Part shown: in pieces, positions 62,145-64,000 of the stretch
Numbering within the stretch: position 1 is the first letter of the stretch
How the letters are laid out: each line of letters opens with the position of its first letter
Origin: Trichoplax sp. H2
Lineage: Eukaryota
Assembly (NCBI GenBank): GCA_003344405.1
Contig: NOWV01000100.1
Span: forward strand, 1-64,000
DNA length: 64,000 nucleotides
Direction: 5' to 3'
Translations under genes and position numbers: made by a program
Notes under the pieces: model-generated
What the model saw: only the letters and a program-made list of their open reading frames with translations
Told to the model about the DNA's origin: nothing
The model's database searches: none

Positions 62145-63336
62145 ATCATGCTGCCCTTCGATATACAGCTTTTGAAGCTTTACGAATGAAATTAATACAT
62201 AATTATGTAATTAGTAAGTAATCGTAACGTAAAGTATATCTCTCTATGGCCATCATGTGAATCGAACAGACCAGCAGAGTAATTTCTAAGAATTTATGAA
62301 AATCAGTATGGACCTATTATATTTACATAACGCTGGCATTGTAAACACATAGGAGCCAGACTAAATTTGCGTTTACCAATTACGTGACAATATTGGTGAT
62401 TTTGACCTTAATTTCTACTCGCATCATAGAGTATGAGCGAATTAAATCTAGAAATTAGAATAGAAAACTTAATATTCTATTCGTGTTGAAAATAATCATA
62501 ATTTCTTATTTACTTTCACTCAATGGCTCATAATATGCTCAAACATTATATGAACTTCTTTAATAAGAATTGAATAAGCCGTTTAGAAAATTGAACAAGT
62601 ATCGTTTATATTCTAGCATGCTAAGCTTAGAATGATAGATAACTCAATAACACTTGAAATTTCTCATATTGATATTGAATTTTATGGTATTGTTATACGA
62701 TCTGATGAAAGTTCCTTATAAAGTATATTTTTTTAATGTTGGACAATAATTTTGAAAAACAAATTTGGCGATAGAAATTTAATAATCGCTGTTATCAACG
62801 CTAAGATACTTAAAAAAATAGCAAATCTATGAAATTGAATATAAAATGTTCAATTTTGTCCATTCTATACAAAGTCGTAGTACATATAGCTTGCCAGTAG
62901 ATTTGACATCTTTAATTATTATTATCCATAGTTGTATCCTATCTTTCATTGTTCAGGTATTGAAAACTGCCTGAACTACTGCTTCATAGCAAGTAATCTA
63001 GCGATCCTGTTATGCTGCCTATGAATATTATGAATCCATCTATCTCATTCCATGACAATAGTGATTTTAATTGAAGACAACTAAAGCTAATTAAAGACCA
63101 GTCTTCTTGAAATCATTATTTTAATATTTAACTTTGCTTATTTTCTAGTCATCAGTCAGTAGTATATGCAACAACAGCTTGGCAAGCAAATTTAAATATT
63201 ATTCTCTATAATTTCGAATAATTTCTATAAGAGGTACACAAAATTATCGTAATAATGCGATAAAGCCGATAAATCACTACCAAGGTCTTCTCTATCTCAA
63301 GTAAATTTTGCTCAAAAAATAATGGTAGAGCAATCA

Positions 63337-63791
63337 TCATGCGATGTGTATTACATCACTCATTATTCTATTATTATTAAAGAGTTTATAATGAGGTTTA
63401 TTGAAATCAGAATCTATTGGCTAATAGGAACTGCTTTACTTCAGTACTGATCAAATTTTGCTTTTGAAGTACAGTAATCTTNNNNNNNNNNNNNNNNNNN
63501 NATTCCAAATTTTAGAAAAATAAGGGCTTTATTGAATCTTATACAAAGATTAACTACACAGCTCTACTCTAGCCGAATACTACTTCTAAAGACTTCTAGA
63601 ACGAACTAACAGAATAATCTAAAGTTGCATGGTTTTATACTTTTTTTCATGCGATGTGTATTACATCACTCATTATTCTATTATTATTAAAGAGTTTATA
63701 ATGAGGTTTATTGAAATCAGAATCCATTGACTAATAGGAACTGCTTTACTTCAGTACTGATCAAATTTTGCTTTTGAAGTACAGTAATCTT
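63337..63791. repeat. 145-bp direct duplication across an assembly gap (63337-63481 and 63647-63791)
   Basis: Offset 310, two substitutions seen, N gap at 63482-63501. Confidence 0.9.
63502..63642 (-). mobile_element. Family-A LTR 3' fragment (TATA box to near the 3' end)
   Basis: Reverse complement of GTATAAAACCATGCAAC...AATAAAGCCC...TTTGGAAT; cut by the gap on the left. Confidence 0.9.
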
Positions 63792-64000
63792 CATAATTTG
63801 TTTGGAAGATCCGATGTTTCCGTCAATCAAATAAAGGGCTTTCCTGTTTACCTAGCAAATCGATTGTGTAGTTCATGATTGATTTTTTAAATAATTCTCG
63901 TCTGGGTAATAAAAGATTTTGATAAAAGATTCTGACGTAGGCTGTAATAAATCGTGCAGCTAGTCATAATACGCTATATCTGCTGACTATAGTAGGATCT

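Overview
AT-rich eukaryotic genomic DNA from a draft assembly, with three 20-N gaps at 14295-14314, 31274-31293 and 63482-63501. Short GT-AG introns and expanded intronless rhodopsin-class GPCRs suggest an early-branching animal, most likely a placozoan (Trichoplax-like); this is inference. The window holds five intact single-exon class A GPCR genes, three clear GPCR pseudogenes and two possible older relics. It also holds a convergent pair of multi-exon genes that I spliced by hand: a DCAF8-like WD40 protein (14 coding exons, 454 aa, ending in a CaaX box) and a KAT7/HBO1-like MYST acetyltransferase (11 coding exons, 424 aa). The intergenic DNA carries about a dozen short TG...CA elements that look like solo LTRs, several with perfect 5-bp target-site duplications (TSDs). 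One is nested in another, and one appears present in only one of two haplotype-like copies. The most unusual signal is a set of divergent 184-629 bp elements that share little internal sequence but keep a small stem-loop at or near their termini.
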